From the human T2T-CHM13v2.0 reference genome, Homo sapiens, in NCBI RefSeq assembly GCF_009914755.1, contig NC_060934.1: a DNA stretch of 64,000 nt, one strand, 5' to 3'. The translations under genes were made by a program, and so were the position numbers. Within the stretch, counting starts at the first letter, position 1. Each line of letters opens with the position of its first letter. This document shows positions 12,609 through 26,409 of this stretch, in pieces. The notes under the pieces are model-generated. The model did not search any database. It saw only the letters and a list, made by a program, of their open reading frames with translations, and was not told the origin of the DNA.

Positions 12609-13381
12609 CTGTGCCATCTTGGCAAGGTCTAGAGAAGGCCTCTGCTCTTGCACTTCTTCAGGGCGCCGCCTTTTAACACCGACCTTCTTGTCGTTAAGGA
12701 CACACGGCTGGGAGCGGCTGCGGGAAAGGCCGCTGGAGCGTCTCGCCAGCTCTGGTGTTGAGGCAGGTGTGCTGTTGGCTGAGGGAGGACAGTATTCCAC
12801 AAAGGAAAACTGCTCATGTGAGCAAGAGAGGGACCGCTGCAGGTCCAGCCGGCCTCCTCCCACGGGGTGCAGGTCAGGGCTCCAGGTGTCACCTGCCTGT
12901 CCACACGGGGCTGAGCCTGGCACCCCTTGGCAGGGCTGCCCTCCAAATCGGTGGTGGAGTCCTGCCTGGTCGCAGGGTGAGGAGAGCACGTTGGCCCGGG
13001 AAGGGAGGCTGAAGCTGGAACTCCTCTGCATGGTGCTGAAGCCGTTGGAATAGCGCTGGACGCTGCCCCCGCTGTAGCAGCGTCTCTTTTCCACGGGAGT
13101 CCAGACTTTGGAGCCCAAGGGCCTCCATGATGTCCGGCAACTGGACATCTCATCGGAGAAGGACAGTGAGCGGCACTGGCGCTTGCTAGGGGGTGCTGAG
13201 GGGTTCCCGTTGTGGTCGCTGATGCTGAGGTCTTTGATCAGACTGGTCACAGCGCAGGCGGTCACTGCCTCCCGGTGCCATAGTGAGCTGTCCTTTTCAG
13301 GCAGGCATTCCCAGATGCTGGTGCTCGGTTGGTCAATCTGAAGAGGGCATTTCCTGTCCAGGTCTCGCCATCTGTCATTTT
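12609..13381 (-). CDS. FAM53B: FAM53B exon 4 (773 nt): (E)NDRWRDLDRKCP...RSRSQPCVLNDKKVGVKRRRPEEVQEQRPSLDLAKMAQ, to aa 302
   Basis: Core of the 330-aa ORF 12477..13469(-). Acceptor CAG at 13384-13382, donor CAG|GTAAGA at 12608. FAM53-family motifs PSAPPSKRQCRSLS, WRPLGSKVWTPVEKRRCYSGGS and SANSTPASTPEL. 78+55+773=906 nt = 302 codons. CpG-rich relative to the surrounding intron. Confidence 0.97.
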
Positions 13382-13489
13382 CTGGTTCATAAATGACAAG
13401 GAGAAAACAGGATTTGAGAAGACCTTCACTCCAGCCCTTTATTATCTCCACACCAACAGCCCGTTTCAAACACAGTATCTTAGAGCCAA

Positions 13490-13665
13490 AAGGCCCTTAG
13501 AAACCATCCAGTCCAACCTCATTTTACAGATGAGAAATTGAGGCTGAGAGAGGAGAAGTGAATCCCAAGGCTTTGAGTTGGAAGTTGGAAGCAGAGCAGG
13601 GCCTAGAATCCAGATATACCCCTGGGACTCCTGATATGGTTTTCTTTCCAGTGTACCACACTGCC
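13490..13665 (-). mobile_element. MIR about 110 nt from the exon 4 acceptor
   Basis: ccttagaaaccatccagtccaacctcattttacagatgagaaattgaggctgagagagg (MIR core, reverse orientation). Confidence 0.8.
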
Positions 13666-14994
13666 TCCCAGGAGAATCCAAAGCAATATTTTTCATCCAA
13701 AATGTTTCTCATCTTATGGGTGGGAAATCGACTTGCCCTGAACCCTGCCCCTGGCTGATGAGAGAGTCGGGACAAGACATCTGTTAAGTGCCACCAGGTT
13801 CTCTGCAGCTCTCAGGACTGGGACTCGATGCCCTGGCAGAAGACCACAACCAAAGATGTCTCAACAGCTCGGATGGCCAAGGCCAAAAGATGGCTGGGGC
13901 ACTGCCAGGTTAGTTCACCCCAATTCCACCTTGAAAGCCTTTGCTGATAATAGAAGCTGGAACTTGTACTGATTTAGGTCACCTCCGTCAAAATGCTCAA
14001 CATCAGCGTCACCAATGGCTGCCAATCACAGCACTTTCTCTGTGTTCACTCGATTTTTCACTTAAAGCAATTAAAATCTCTAAGAACAAGTCTTGGGCTT
14101 CACAGACTTAAGGGAACCACTTAAACTTATGTATTCAGGTCTTTACTTGAATACACAAATAAATAACCAACCCTGCTATGAAATGCTACATTTGCACACG
14201 AACCTTTATTTTGTGAAATATTCAAGAACTATTTATTGTTTTTCTACTATGGAATCAGGCACCGTGCTGGGAATTTTAGGAGATGCAAAGATAAATTTGA
14301 CATAGTTCTTGTATTCAAGTTTACAGTATAAAAGCAAAGTTACAAAATATGCCATGATATCAGGGAACAACCTGTTAGTACTATTTTCTTGAGCCTATAT
14401 ATATTTATAAATCATGCACATGTGAATGGCTTGAGTCAGTCAAGAGAAGAATAGAAGTGAAACCTGAAATGATATTTGGTAGGTATTTAAATGCACGCCG
14501 GGTCTCTCAGCAATGCAGATCACTCACTGAGCATTCAGCTGGGCTGTGTAATCCACACAGCCCCCTGAGTGCATGTACCATCCTGGACCAGATCAGGAGA
14601 CCAAGGCTTGGGGGACACTAAGCAACTAGCCCAAGGCCACACAGCTAACACCAGACAGGATGTAAACCCAGCTTAGTCAGGCCCCAGAGCGCAGGCCCTT
14701 TTCACTACACTGCAGCGCTGAGGTGGACTGTGGGTGAGCCTGACTCTGGCCCTGGCCCTAAGGAGTTTATGGGTCAGGCAAGATGGGCTCAGGTGCAGAA
14801 AACTGAGATTTAACCCATGAGTGCTCGAGGCAGCAAGGACTACAAACCTATCTCCACTACCAGTGGCCACTCCTCAAAGGGCACCAAGAGACATACCCCA
14901 GCTGAGCGTCACAAGCAGCAGCTACTTGATTGACTCAACGGGAATGACCTGTGCAGACCAAAGGGAGGGCCAGGAGCCCAGAGAAAAAGCCGAG

Positions 14995-15092
14995 GCAGAG
15001 CTAATGGTGGTTCTCCTTCCTCTTGGGCATCCTGCCAAGGTCAGCAGAGCTAACGGTGGTACTCCTTCCTCTTGGGCATCCTGCCAAGGTCA
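14995..15092. repeat. 49-bp tandem duplication (2 copies, 47/49 identical)
   Basis: gcagagctaa(t/c)ggtggt(t/a)ctccttcctcttgggcatcctgccaaggtca at 14995-15043 and 15044-15092. Confidence 0.95.
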
Positions 15093-15497
15093 TGAGATAC
15101 AAACTGAGGGGCTGGGGACCCTGACAGGGGACACTGGTAGAACTGTCCAGAGGCTGTATTCATAGAGGGCCTCAGAAGCTGAAGATGCAGGAGAGAAACC
15201 TTCCAAAAGCCCAGGCAAGCCAGCTGCAACAAAGCAAGACTGTCGCTAAACATCCAATTTCTTCATCATACATCGTTCATCTCATCTCTGAAATTTCCCA
15301 GGGCCTGAACACAGCAGGTCTCAATATCTGCTCCTCCAACTGGATTGGATCAATTACGTCCAAAAATCATCCAAAGTACCTCTTCCTGCAAGTTGCTTTA
15401 GGTTGTTCAAACATGCTTCACCACCAAGGAAACCATTCCCTTTGGGTATTCACCATTCTATTAAATCAGTTTCAACTTGACACTGGTCAGCAGTTGA

Positions 15498-15821
<324 letters not shown>

Positions 15822-15839
15822 TAAAGTAAAATTAAAGGA

Positions 15840-16290
15840 AATAGAAACTCTTGTTGACACAGTCACAACTATCCCAGTTATCTGATTTAAAAGAAAACAG
15901 AAAGTTATCCTAAGAAAAAAGTGAAGATTTATGTATGATGATGTTCATCAAAATGATGAGTGACAGCAAAATGGTAAACATAGTTAAAACGTCTTACAGT
16001 AGGGGCCGGTTAAATAAATTATCAAGGAATAACATGGAGCATGAAGAAGCAGAGTTTCAAAGAATATTAAATGATGTGGGGAAATGCTAACAATATAAAG
16101 CTGAGCATGAAGAAACAGGATATAAAACTGTATAGAGGGTGTGATTCCTATTTAGCAAAATATGTCTGTTGTATGTAAAGGTAAGAAAGAAATAAACCGA
16201 AATGTTAATAGTGGATTGGCAGACAGCTGGTTGGTTAATTTATTTTTTCTCTTTTGTTCTTCTATAGTCTCCAAATGTCCTATGAGAAAA
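15840..16290 (+). mobile_element. Old L1 (L1MC/L1ME-like) 3' fragment
   Basis: AT-rich; gatgttcatc...taaataaattat...aaacaggatataaaactgtata...gaaatgttaatagtgg. Confidence 0.6.
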
Positions 16291-18637
16291 AATGTATTAT
16301 CGAATATGTGGGGGATGTGACTGCCAAGCCCACAGGTGCTGTGCCCTTGCTTAACTCAGGAAGTGAGCCAGGGTCGGAGCGGGGGCCCACAGCCCGCCCT
16401 CTGCTGGGTTGGCTCCTCTGGGTTTTCAGGAAGTTGCCATACAAAATGCTGGCCACTAACTTCTCTTTTGAGACAAGGCACTGAGGCACCAGATGGGCCA
16501 GGAATGTGGCCGGCTGAGGAAGAAACCAATGGGCTTGGCACAGAGCAGCGAGGGTGGCCGGTGCTCACGGAGCCTGAGACATACTACAGACTGCGTCTCC
16601 GCCAGGCCTCGGGGAAACCCGTGACATGAAAAGGAGTTGATCCCACTCTCAGAGGATACCATTTTCTGTTCCATTTTTGCACCACTGGCCTGGAATCTTC
16701 CCCATCTCTAGGGAAATCACTTCCAAAAGGGGAATCGGGAGCCAGCTAAATAGGAACACACCATCCCTCCCATCTGCCTTCCTTTCCCATGGCCAGCCTG
16801 CGATCTTGGTGCTTCTTGAAGGGACCCCTCAGGGCCTCCCTACTCCAGGCCTACCTCCTCACTGCCTCTAGAGAACTTTCTGAAGCCCCCACCTATTGTG
16901 GCCCATTCGCTTCAGCTGTCAGCCACTGTTTCCGGGAAAGAAGACAAGCATTTCAGACTGGCACCCGGGCCCATCTCCACATCATTCCCCACAACAAACC
17001 CTACACTCCAGGTATCAAACCTCCTACGACAGTGGAGGTCAGAAAAGAATCATATAGAGTCAAAACCATCCTTGAAGAATTCCTGAACCAGCCCACAAAG
17101 TACAACTCCTCCCCCCAGCTTTGTGTAGACAACCCAAAAGGGTAATTCTTATGCACCAGCGATTCTTTATAAAACTAAAGTTTAATAACTAGACTGCAGG
17201 AACAAGCACAGATAAGATCTATATGCAGAAAGGCTGGAAGTCCAGCTTGCTGGGCCTTGAGGTAACTACCAAAACCCAGGGGCATCAGAGCTGGGTGATG
17301 AATTCCTACAGGACCTACTCCTTCTGTGTTACAGAGTAAGCCTCTAAGGCCTATAAGATTTCTTTGTCGTAGGGAAGATTCGAAGAGTCAGTTTTTAACT
17401 GTGAAGAGAAGTTGCAGCTTCCCCCAAACATCAGCTCTTTCACTCCTTTGCAAAGAACATTCCACACCTTTGCAAAGGCCTGGACCGTTCTTTTCCTGCC
17501 TTTATCTTCCTTTCACCAAGAGTCTCCTCATTTAAAAAGCCAACTCAAAGCTCCTCTGAAGATACACCTTTCTCCTAGCTCTGTGATCGTACAGCACGTA
17601 TGTACCTGAACTTTAATTACTGATCTGCTTACACATCTACTTCTCCTCCTAAGCCACAGACTCTCAAGCATAGCCCCAGTGTGGCTCCCCAGTGCCTAGC
17701 ACAGAGCAGGGCACACAGCAGACCTTAGTTGGTGGTGCATGAATGAGGTAGTGGATTGCAAACTGCAGATAAAAGCTACAAGAGGATGCGGTGTTCTCTG
17801 GGACTCACCTGTCTTTTGTCCTTGGCAAAGGTGAGTCTTCCTTGGCCAGGTAAGTCCAACCAGGACTGTGCCCTGAACCGTCTGCCCTACCTGGGCCATG
17901 TGGCCATGTGTGACTCAGCAAGGAGATGGGGTTGACAGAGTCACGTCTAAAATACTTTGGAAAAGCAAAGCACTGCTATTGTGTATCAACACCAGCCAGG
18001 TGACCACTTGCTCAGTCTGCAGGCAGATAATATTGTAATTGTTTCTATCTTTATCGCTTTGAGAAGTACAATACGAGAAAAGTAAAAACAATCAAGGCTA
18101 TGTTTAGCCCTGTGTTTTCCCCATTCGCTCAGGGAACAGAAAGCGATTTGTTGGGTCAGATCACCAGACAAAAGAAACAGGAATAGAAGCTAATTTTTCA
18201 TGGCAAACTGCCCCAAGCGCTAGGCCCTGACGTCACACCATACAAAGGGCCTCGGTAGGCCTCCGAGAAGAGGATACAGGGTGCCCCCGCCCCCTCCATT
18301 CAATATCACTTCTGCACAAACAACTATAACTCTTTCAAGTCACAATTGTCATGGATGTAGGAGTCTACTGAGCAACAGTCACTTGGTGTAGTGGAAAGGG
18401 CAAGGACCTGGGTTCAAACCTCAGCTCTGTAAGTTACTCAGTTCCTCGTAGCTATTATGAGAATTAAATAGGCATCTCATACAGGGCATAGAGTAGGCTC
18501 TCAAAAACAGCAGTCATCATAAGGATAATTAACGGTACTGGAAAACGCTCTCCTAGCTGAGGCTTGACTCAGCCAGAGCTGCAACAGGGTGCCAGCCTCT
18601 GTGGAATCCGGCTGGAATGGAAACCTGGCTTCTCTGA

Positions 18638-18820
18638 CTAGGATTTCTCAAAGTGTGACTTCTGGGCCACCTACAGGAGCATCCTTTGGGGGTGTTTGTT
18701 AAAATGCAGGTTTCTAGACCCCGTCTCTGACTTGGTAAATCAGAGTCTCTCTGGGTAGGCATTTGCATCTTAATAAGCTCCCCAGGTTATTTCAATGCAA
18801 AAATGTTGAGAAATGCTGTT
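18638..18820. mobile_element. MER5-family hAT-Charlie DNA transposon
   Basis: tttctcaaagtgtg...gtttgttaaaatgcaggtttct...aatcagagtctct...taataagctccccaggt...ttgagaaatgctg; degenerate terminal inverted repeats. Confidence 0.8.
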
Positions 18821-21800
18821 CTGGAAAGCAGATGACATGGAGAACTGAGTTCTCAAACATCTGTCCGAATGGCGGCCCATCCAGACCATCCAGCACCACT
18901 GCCCAGAAGCTTCAGGAGGGTTGACAATTCTGGTCTCTACAAATTTGAATTCATAACAACACTGAAAGTTGGTGTTTATGTTTTGGTTTGGGCTAATTCC
19001 AGGAAGAAGTATGGAGAAGGATCACTTCACCCATCAGAGGTTTCACAGGACAGGATGGGGACCCTCAGGGCTTCCTTCTCAAGCTACACAACATGCTCTT
19101 GATGGACAGCCACTAGCAAAGGCCTTAGAAGCTAACTCACTCCTATGAACAAGATGAGTGTGAAGCCTCCCACTTTCTCCCTGAGAACACGCAAGGGCCC
19201 ATCAGCTGTGTCCTAAAGATACGCAGAAGGGCCCCCCATCCATCTGCAGCCTGACACCAAGCCCCTGGCAGACCTGAGCAGAGCGCGATGGCCCACAGCC
19301 TGAGAGCATGGCACCAGCCCATTCAGTTCTATGCTGCGCCTGTTGCTTTAGCCTTTAGGGCATGTAAAGCTTCTCCACGTCCCCACTGAGCATTATCTTC
19401 ACAAGTCTGAAATGATACACACGAGAGCGTGTGCATTTGTGTGTAGCGTAAACACACAAGAGCCTTTGCCTGCAGATGGGAGGGTGAACACACAAGCATC
19501 CCTGGGCCCAGTTCTCTCACAGTCTTGGACAGACTAGGTAAGCAAGGTCTCTTCCAAAGCTGAGGTTTGATGACTGAGCTTGCAGTTTCTGACTTTTGAC
19601 TATGCCACAAAGAACAGGAGAATGAGTTGCCTACATATGCAGAGACAAGGACTCAAATTCCCAAATTCGCACTCACAAGGCTCTGGTCCTGCCACCGTTT
19701 GACTAAGAAGGGCAGAAGACTGCTGTGTGCACAGATCCTAGAGCTTGAAGCAAGAAAAACACTCAGAGGAATACGAATGGCATTTGACCTCAAATGTTCT
19801 TATTTCCATTCCTACCCTTAAATTTGAAGGAAAATTCCCAGGGCTCCAGATTCTTGGGGGACTATAAACCTTCATATTTTCAAAAGATAGAGGAGCTTTA
19901 TAGCCCTAGAGAGCTCTGTGCTATGTTTTCGATGGTGCCTTATGGTCACATAAGTACAGAATGTGGTTTCCAGAAAAGGTTAAGCACCTCAAGTACAGAC
20001 CAAGATACGAAATGCCCCGATTAGCAAGCCTGCTGTCAGATCACAACCAGCTGACTCATTCTTACATTTCACACCTATCTACTTGTGCTGACAATGAGTA
20101 TCTCTCCCCTGCCCTGTGGGTTGGGTTGTGCTAACTTGGCCTCAGGGCCACAAAGATTCTATGCTTGGTTTGGGGAGAAGCTCACCAACCCATCAATGGG
20201 AAAATCAAGAGAGCCGAGGTGTCTTTCTGAAGGCGGTTTTGCTAAACTGATCTTACGAAAAGAACATGGGGGTGGGGGGGACACAAGCAGGGCAATGACA
20301 TGAGCTCCCCCACAATCGTCTCATCTGTTTTTAAATGGACTTTAGAGCCTCTGGCTCCCTGGAGAGTCTCTTTGCCTGTATGACCAGAAGGAGACTCAGT
20401 TCAGAGCAGTGTCAGGAACAAAAAGTCCTCGGGCTTTGCCTGCCAGGCCTCAGCTTCAGGTCCTGCCCACGCACCTGGGATGGACTGTAAAATGGCAGCT
20501 GTGTCTTGGATTCGGGGACAGCAACACAGGACACCAAGTTCCTCACACAAGGCACAAGGAACAAGGGATTCCGATGGCTAGAGGTAATGCACCATCAGGC
20601 CCCACATCCAAGGAAGAAGGCAGGCGGGTCTGCAGGACTCTGGGAGGTGACAAAGAAGCTACTAAGGACAAAGATCGGGGTTCAGAGCCATTACCAGGGC
20701 CCTGCCCTTACCAGCAGAGTTGGGGTGGCCCATGGCAGCTGCCACTGCTTCTGGGAAGTCTTTGCTCTTACAAAAAGATGCCCAGTGAGATCCTCACAGT
20801 TAAAAACCACACCAGATGGGGCACTGGGAAGAGGGGCCTCAATCTCACCATCTGCACAAGGCTGGGTAGACTAGGGTCTTGTGACAGCCCTTTTGGGTCT
20901 GACCAGGACTTCCTATTCTACCCCTCAGCTCCCACAGGCGTTCATAAATGTACAGGGAACAGCTAGTATTTGCACTGGCAACAAGAACTCTGAAGGGACA
21001 ACAAGGTCAGTTTGGTCCATCTCCTCTGGATTTCCATCCTGATTGTGGGTGTGCACAGAGCAAGTGAAACGGGCAGCTGCTGGTGATGCATCTCTTAACT
21101 GATGTACACAGCAAAGCGGGGCGCCATTAAACCGACGAGGGAACTGGCGACAGGCAGAGCTTTTCACGAAACTGTCAATAAATGCATATTTACTGTTAAT
21201 CAGCTAACACTCCAATAGGGTCCTTGCTGAAGCTGAGAAAGAGCATGAATGTGCATCCCAAGCACGTGACTCATCTCATGGGTTGTCACAGCAATCTCCA
21301 TCTGACTGATGGGGGAAACTGGGCTTCAGAACGATGTCACATCTCCCCCATGGACACACATCCAGCAAATGACAGAGCCCAGACGTCAACCTAGTCTGTA
21401 GACCCAAGGTCATGCTCTTGCAGTTGGGCCAGGCTGCCTAACTTGACCATTTCTTCATGTGGAAGGCATGGCACCCAGACAGGCTGGCAGTGGCCATTCC
21501 CTGTCCTCTGGCACTATTGTGGTCCCCTCCCCATCAGGTGAGCCCAACCTGGGTAAGAAGGCAGCCCTGGGAAGCTCTGTCTTCACTCGTCACTGGCAAC
21601 AGTTACCATGTGCCAACCACATTTTACATCTACTTCCATTCTGTGCTTTATTATTCCTGAAAAACTGCCTGAAACCAATGAATGGTACAAGGAAGAATTT
21701 ACATACCCTTTATGGACAAACTATTTTAGAGATTTTTAAAAATCACACATATGACCATAATAAAAATAAAAATAATAAAGCAAACCCTAAAAAGTCATAT

Positions 21801-23434
21801 ATATATACATACTTACATATGGATGTAATTTTTTTTCAATGAAAACAAATCTCATTCTAGCCTACACTGGTTAATGAGCAGTCTCTTACTGGAGGACCTG
21901 GCCCAAAGATCACATTCAAAATGGCTGTCTCTGCAAAAGAGAAAAAGTGGCAGAGACCAAAAATTGGGCCTGAGAAGCTCTGATTTTGTTATTGCTGTCA
22001 CTCATTTTGATTCTTCGTTTATTTGTTCTAAGAATCAAAAGCACTCAAGCTCTGAGGGCCACGCTTTTCCTGCAATGCGCAATCATTTTCCACTTTCCAT
22101 GACAAACAGTGGCTGAGTTTAAAGACCAAAAGCTACCAAATCTCAAAGCAAAATCTCTTAGTCCTCCCCAGCTCAACACAGCCAACTGGTTTACCCTGTA
22201 GAAATTAATACAGAGAGTGCCCCAGGGAACAACCCTTTTATGTACAGAGTAGACTTTAACAGCCAAGTAATTAAACCCTGAAAGTAAGGGCTTATAATTA
22301 AAATGCGGACAAACCTGAACTGGGGCGGCACAAGGAGGGCTGCTATAATATTTTTACAATTCCTTTTTATACATAATGTATGATCCTTCTGCTCAAGTTT
22401 CCTGTATGTTCTTTGCCTGTGAAATAATTTACATTAATAAATAATTTATTACCATAACTCCTAAAGTAATTATGGGTTTCCATCCAATTTTTTTTAGCAT
22501 ATGAATTGTTTTGTTCTGTCCATTGACTTGTATTTACAAGACTTTTCCTAGTAGCCTTTTTAAAATAATTGGTATTGCCTTCGCTTTCTTACATATGATG
22601 TGATTTCCAGGTCTCCTCCTCGCCTGAGTGCTGAGGAAAATGGAATGTGTGGTGTCCATTGTCCCTGCAATACAAATGCACTGAATGGCTGCAATTAGCC
22701 AAGGGTGGTGAATGGAGACTGCGCTCACTCCACTTGCCCTGTTTCACCAAAAAAGATCAAACTAGTACACGTGTGACCCTGGGTCCCCCACTGCAAGTGG
22801 GAGAAGATGTGGAGGGAGCCTTGACTGAGAGTCCACGCGTGGCCCCGCTTCTCCCCACACAGGATGACTCTCAGCCACAGCCCAGGCCCCTCTTTGTACC
22901 CACTAGAAATGAGAGCCAGGAGCAAGGGCTGGCTCCCTCACCCAGCCGGCTGACCAGGGGGTGGGCCGCACCACGGAGCTGCCACCTGACCCATGTTTCC
23001 TGTGTCGAGAGCACAAGAACCAGTCATATAAATGGCTCTTTCCCAGAGAAGCTTTGTAGAGGAAATTCCATTTCAGCAAAGAAGGTGGACTGGGGATGCT
23101 CTGGAAGATGAGAAAGGAAGCCAAGAGTCAAAACAGCCTCCGCTGGCAGGAGCCCTGTGGTGGCGGCTGAGCTGGCACCCTAATAAGGGGCACTGAGCCC
23201 TGGTGCAGGGCTGGCTGGGCAGCACTCAGCTCTACCCTATCTGCTTCTCCCACCCACGCTTCACGCTGGCTTTGTTCTCTCTTCCACACTGAGAAGAACA
23301 AAACCACTTATCTGTATCAAGTTCCTAAACTGGGGTAGGGGACAAGAGTGGGGAGGGGCCCGGTATCCAGCTTGCAATCACAGGGCGTGAAGTGCTTTTA
23401 ATTAAAATAAATAAATAAATAAATAAAAAGCATA

Positions 23435-23748
<314 letters not shown>

Positions 23749-24194
23749 TGTTGTGAACACTCAATTTATATTAGTTATGTGTTTTATCTAAGTGGGTGCA
23801 GAGGAGGCTGAGCTACTTGAAAGGGTGGCATTTTAAAAAGTGACCAGGGTGCTGTGCTCCTTGCTCTACTGCACTTGCCCAGATTTTCTGCAGAACATTT
23901 GTGAAACTTGAACTCATACTGGCTCCCAGCGAGGACCCTGGCATGGGGGCTCAGGAGGAAAAAATCCTGAGTCACAGGGCCAACTGTCCCCAGCTCTCAT
24001 GGGAGAATTCCACTGATCAGCACCAGAACATGAGTCCTTTATCTTCAGGAGACAGGCTGGGGGTTGGTGATTATGATAATTTGGTGTTTTATCTTCGCAC
24101 AGCATTGTCCAGCGCTGGAAGGGCCCAAAACCCTCTTGAAAAGTCTAGCCGGCCCCTCAGAGTATTCTCTTCCCCACTGTTGAAAAGCAGGCAC

Positions 24195-24486
24195 GCCGGG
24201 CGCGGTGGCTCACGCCTGTAATCCCAGCACTTTGTGAGGCTGAGGCAGGCGGATCACGAGGTCAGGAAATCAAGACCATCCTGGCCAACATGGTGAAACC
24301 CCGTCTCTACTAAAAATACAAAAATTAGCTGGGCGTGGTGGCACACGCTTGTAATCCCAGCTACTTAGGAGGCTGAGGCAGGAGAATTGCTTGAACCTGG
24401 GAGGCGGACGTTGCCGTGGGCCAAGATCACACCACTGCCCTCCAGCCTGGCGACAGTGAGACTCTGTCTCAAAAAAAAAAAAAAAA
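24195..24486 (+). mobile_element. Full-length Alu (AluSc-like) with 13-bp TSD
   Basis: ggatcacgaggtcagg and cagcctggcgacag variants; TSD gaaaagcaggcac at 24182-24194 and 24487-24499. Confidence 0.97.
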
Positions 24487-26409
24487 GAAAAGCAGGCACA
24501 CCTCAGATGAAATCTCGCTGCCTGGGTGGAGTGCACTCCCAGTTCATGGAGCACACGGAGGACTGGAGAGGTAACCTGAGCTTCCACTAGACAGAGTGCA
24601 CGGGGTAAGGCTCCTGACTGCTGACACCCGCTCCGCTCCAGCAAGCGCAGGAAAGGGATAGAGGTGGGAGGGAGGATGTGTGCTAGTGTGTGGCCGTCTC
24701 CTTAAATCCCCACAACTTGCAAACTGAGGAAACCTAGCCGGGAAGATGGGGTGGTATCCCCATAGCTCAAGGGCCTCCACATCTCACGGGAGTTGGCCTA
24801 AGCAGTGCAGAATTCACTGTTCGTTGATCTTTCTCCTCCACCAGACAGAAAGCTCCCTGAGAGAACGGGCAGGGTCTGATTCACTCTATCCCTCACCAGG
24901 TGCCTGACACACAGCAGGTGCTCAAGTCATATCTATGACAGCAAGCCACTGAAAATGAAAACAAACTGCAGTCAGTGAAACACGTCAGTGATGCACAGCC
25001 ATGCAGGTCAGGGTTTTCCTGAATTAGGGAGGGGCCGACCAACAGAAAGATGAGACCCATGGAGAGAGAGCAGCAGAGGAGAACAAGGGGACTCCACAGA
25101 CCTCCCACCAGTACAATAGCTCCCCGCTTCTCCCTCTGCTGCCTGGCAGTGCCCTGGCACTGTCCCACAGAGCAGAAGGAAGACAGGACCCTGCTGAAGA
25201 GGAGAAGAGCCTGGGACGGAGGCATTGGGACCCAGCCAGCACTTCCTAAAGAGCCACTCTGTAAACAGGAGTCTGCAGACACAGCGTAGTCCCTCCTGGA
25301 AACCATGGCCTCCCCGGTAGAAAGCAGGTTGCTGGGCTCTGCAGCCTCCGATAGACTCTCCTGGGCCATCTGGACTTTTTCCCACACACCTCCCTTCTCC
25401 GGGGCCTCTGCCTTGGTCTCTGGGCCTCAAGACCTGGCCCTACAAGGGCGACTCTCTCTGTCATCACAAACCCACCAGACTTCCACCTTATTATAACTTA
25501 CACAGTGCAAAGACTAGAAATCATTGAAATAAAGACCAACATCTCCACAACCCAGTTTACTGGTCTGGCCCGGTTGACAGCTAAAGCCTAGGCAGGGTTG
25601 AGGGGCTGGGCATGCCGGGGCCTCTCTCTTTCCCAGCATGACGCAGGAAGGAAGCGCAAAGGTGAGGTTGTCCCAGGAAGCAGGCGAGGAGGCAGGCTTC
25701 TGAGCTATGTGTCTGGGGCCCTGAGGGTTTGCTGAAAGCTGTAAACCACCGGGGAGGTATTCAATCCTGTGGGGACGGGCCTCCCAAGTATGTCACATGG
25801 AAAACCAGGGCCAGCTGATCTCCCTGTCTCCATCTTCTTCAGTGGCAGCATCAAGAGCACCGCCAGGTGTCCCAGAGCCATGGCAGGTGGTTGAGAAGAA
25901 AACAGTCTCCCTTCGTCACCCACCTGAGTCCAACTCCGCTTACTGAGGGACCTTGCAGAGGGCCACCTCACTAGACCTCAGTTCTCCCGTATGTGAATGA
26001 TGCCACTGGCAGAGCCAGCGGGGCCCAGCATGTAAGGAGCCTGGCACAGTGCTCAATCTGACACATCACCTCATCTATGGCAACTGTATCTGAAGAAGAA
26101 AAACAAAACACCGCACATGGAGGGAGGACCGAGAAGGAAAGGCAAGGGAGACTCTGAGGTCTGACCAAAGTAACCTTTGAATCTGAAAGCCCACAGTCAT
26201 CATCATCTATCATCTGAGAGTGGTTTCTGAGTCCACGCAGACGTTACAGAAACTCATCCGGCAAGACGTCCCCAAAGGTGGGCAAGGAGAGCCACAGAGA
26301 GACACTGAGAGGTCAAACAATGCCCAATCATCTGAAGCATCAAGTAATCAATGGTCATCTTTTTTACCGCCTATAAAAAACAGTAATTCACACTTGCACA
26401 GAAACAGAA

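Noticed and set aside
12477-13469. 330-aa ORF taken as a complete single-exon gene
   Set aside because: Only 12609-13381 is the exon. The N-terminal MKRAVG... and C-terminal VRAPAAW... parts are intron read-through past canonical splice sites, and I saw no nearby minus-strand poly(A) signal.
15230-15485. Protein-like minus-strand fragment (FLDVIDPIQLEEQILRPAVF...)
   Set aside because: Interrupted by stops and I could not match it to any family by eye; it would need tblastx or Dfam.
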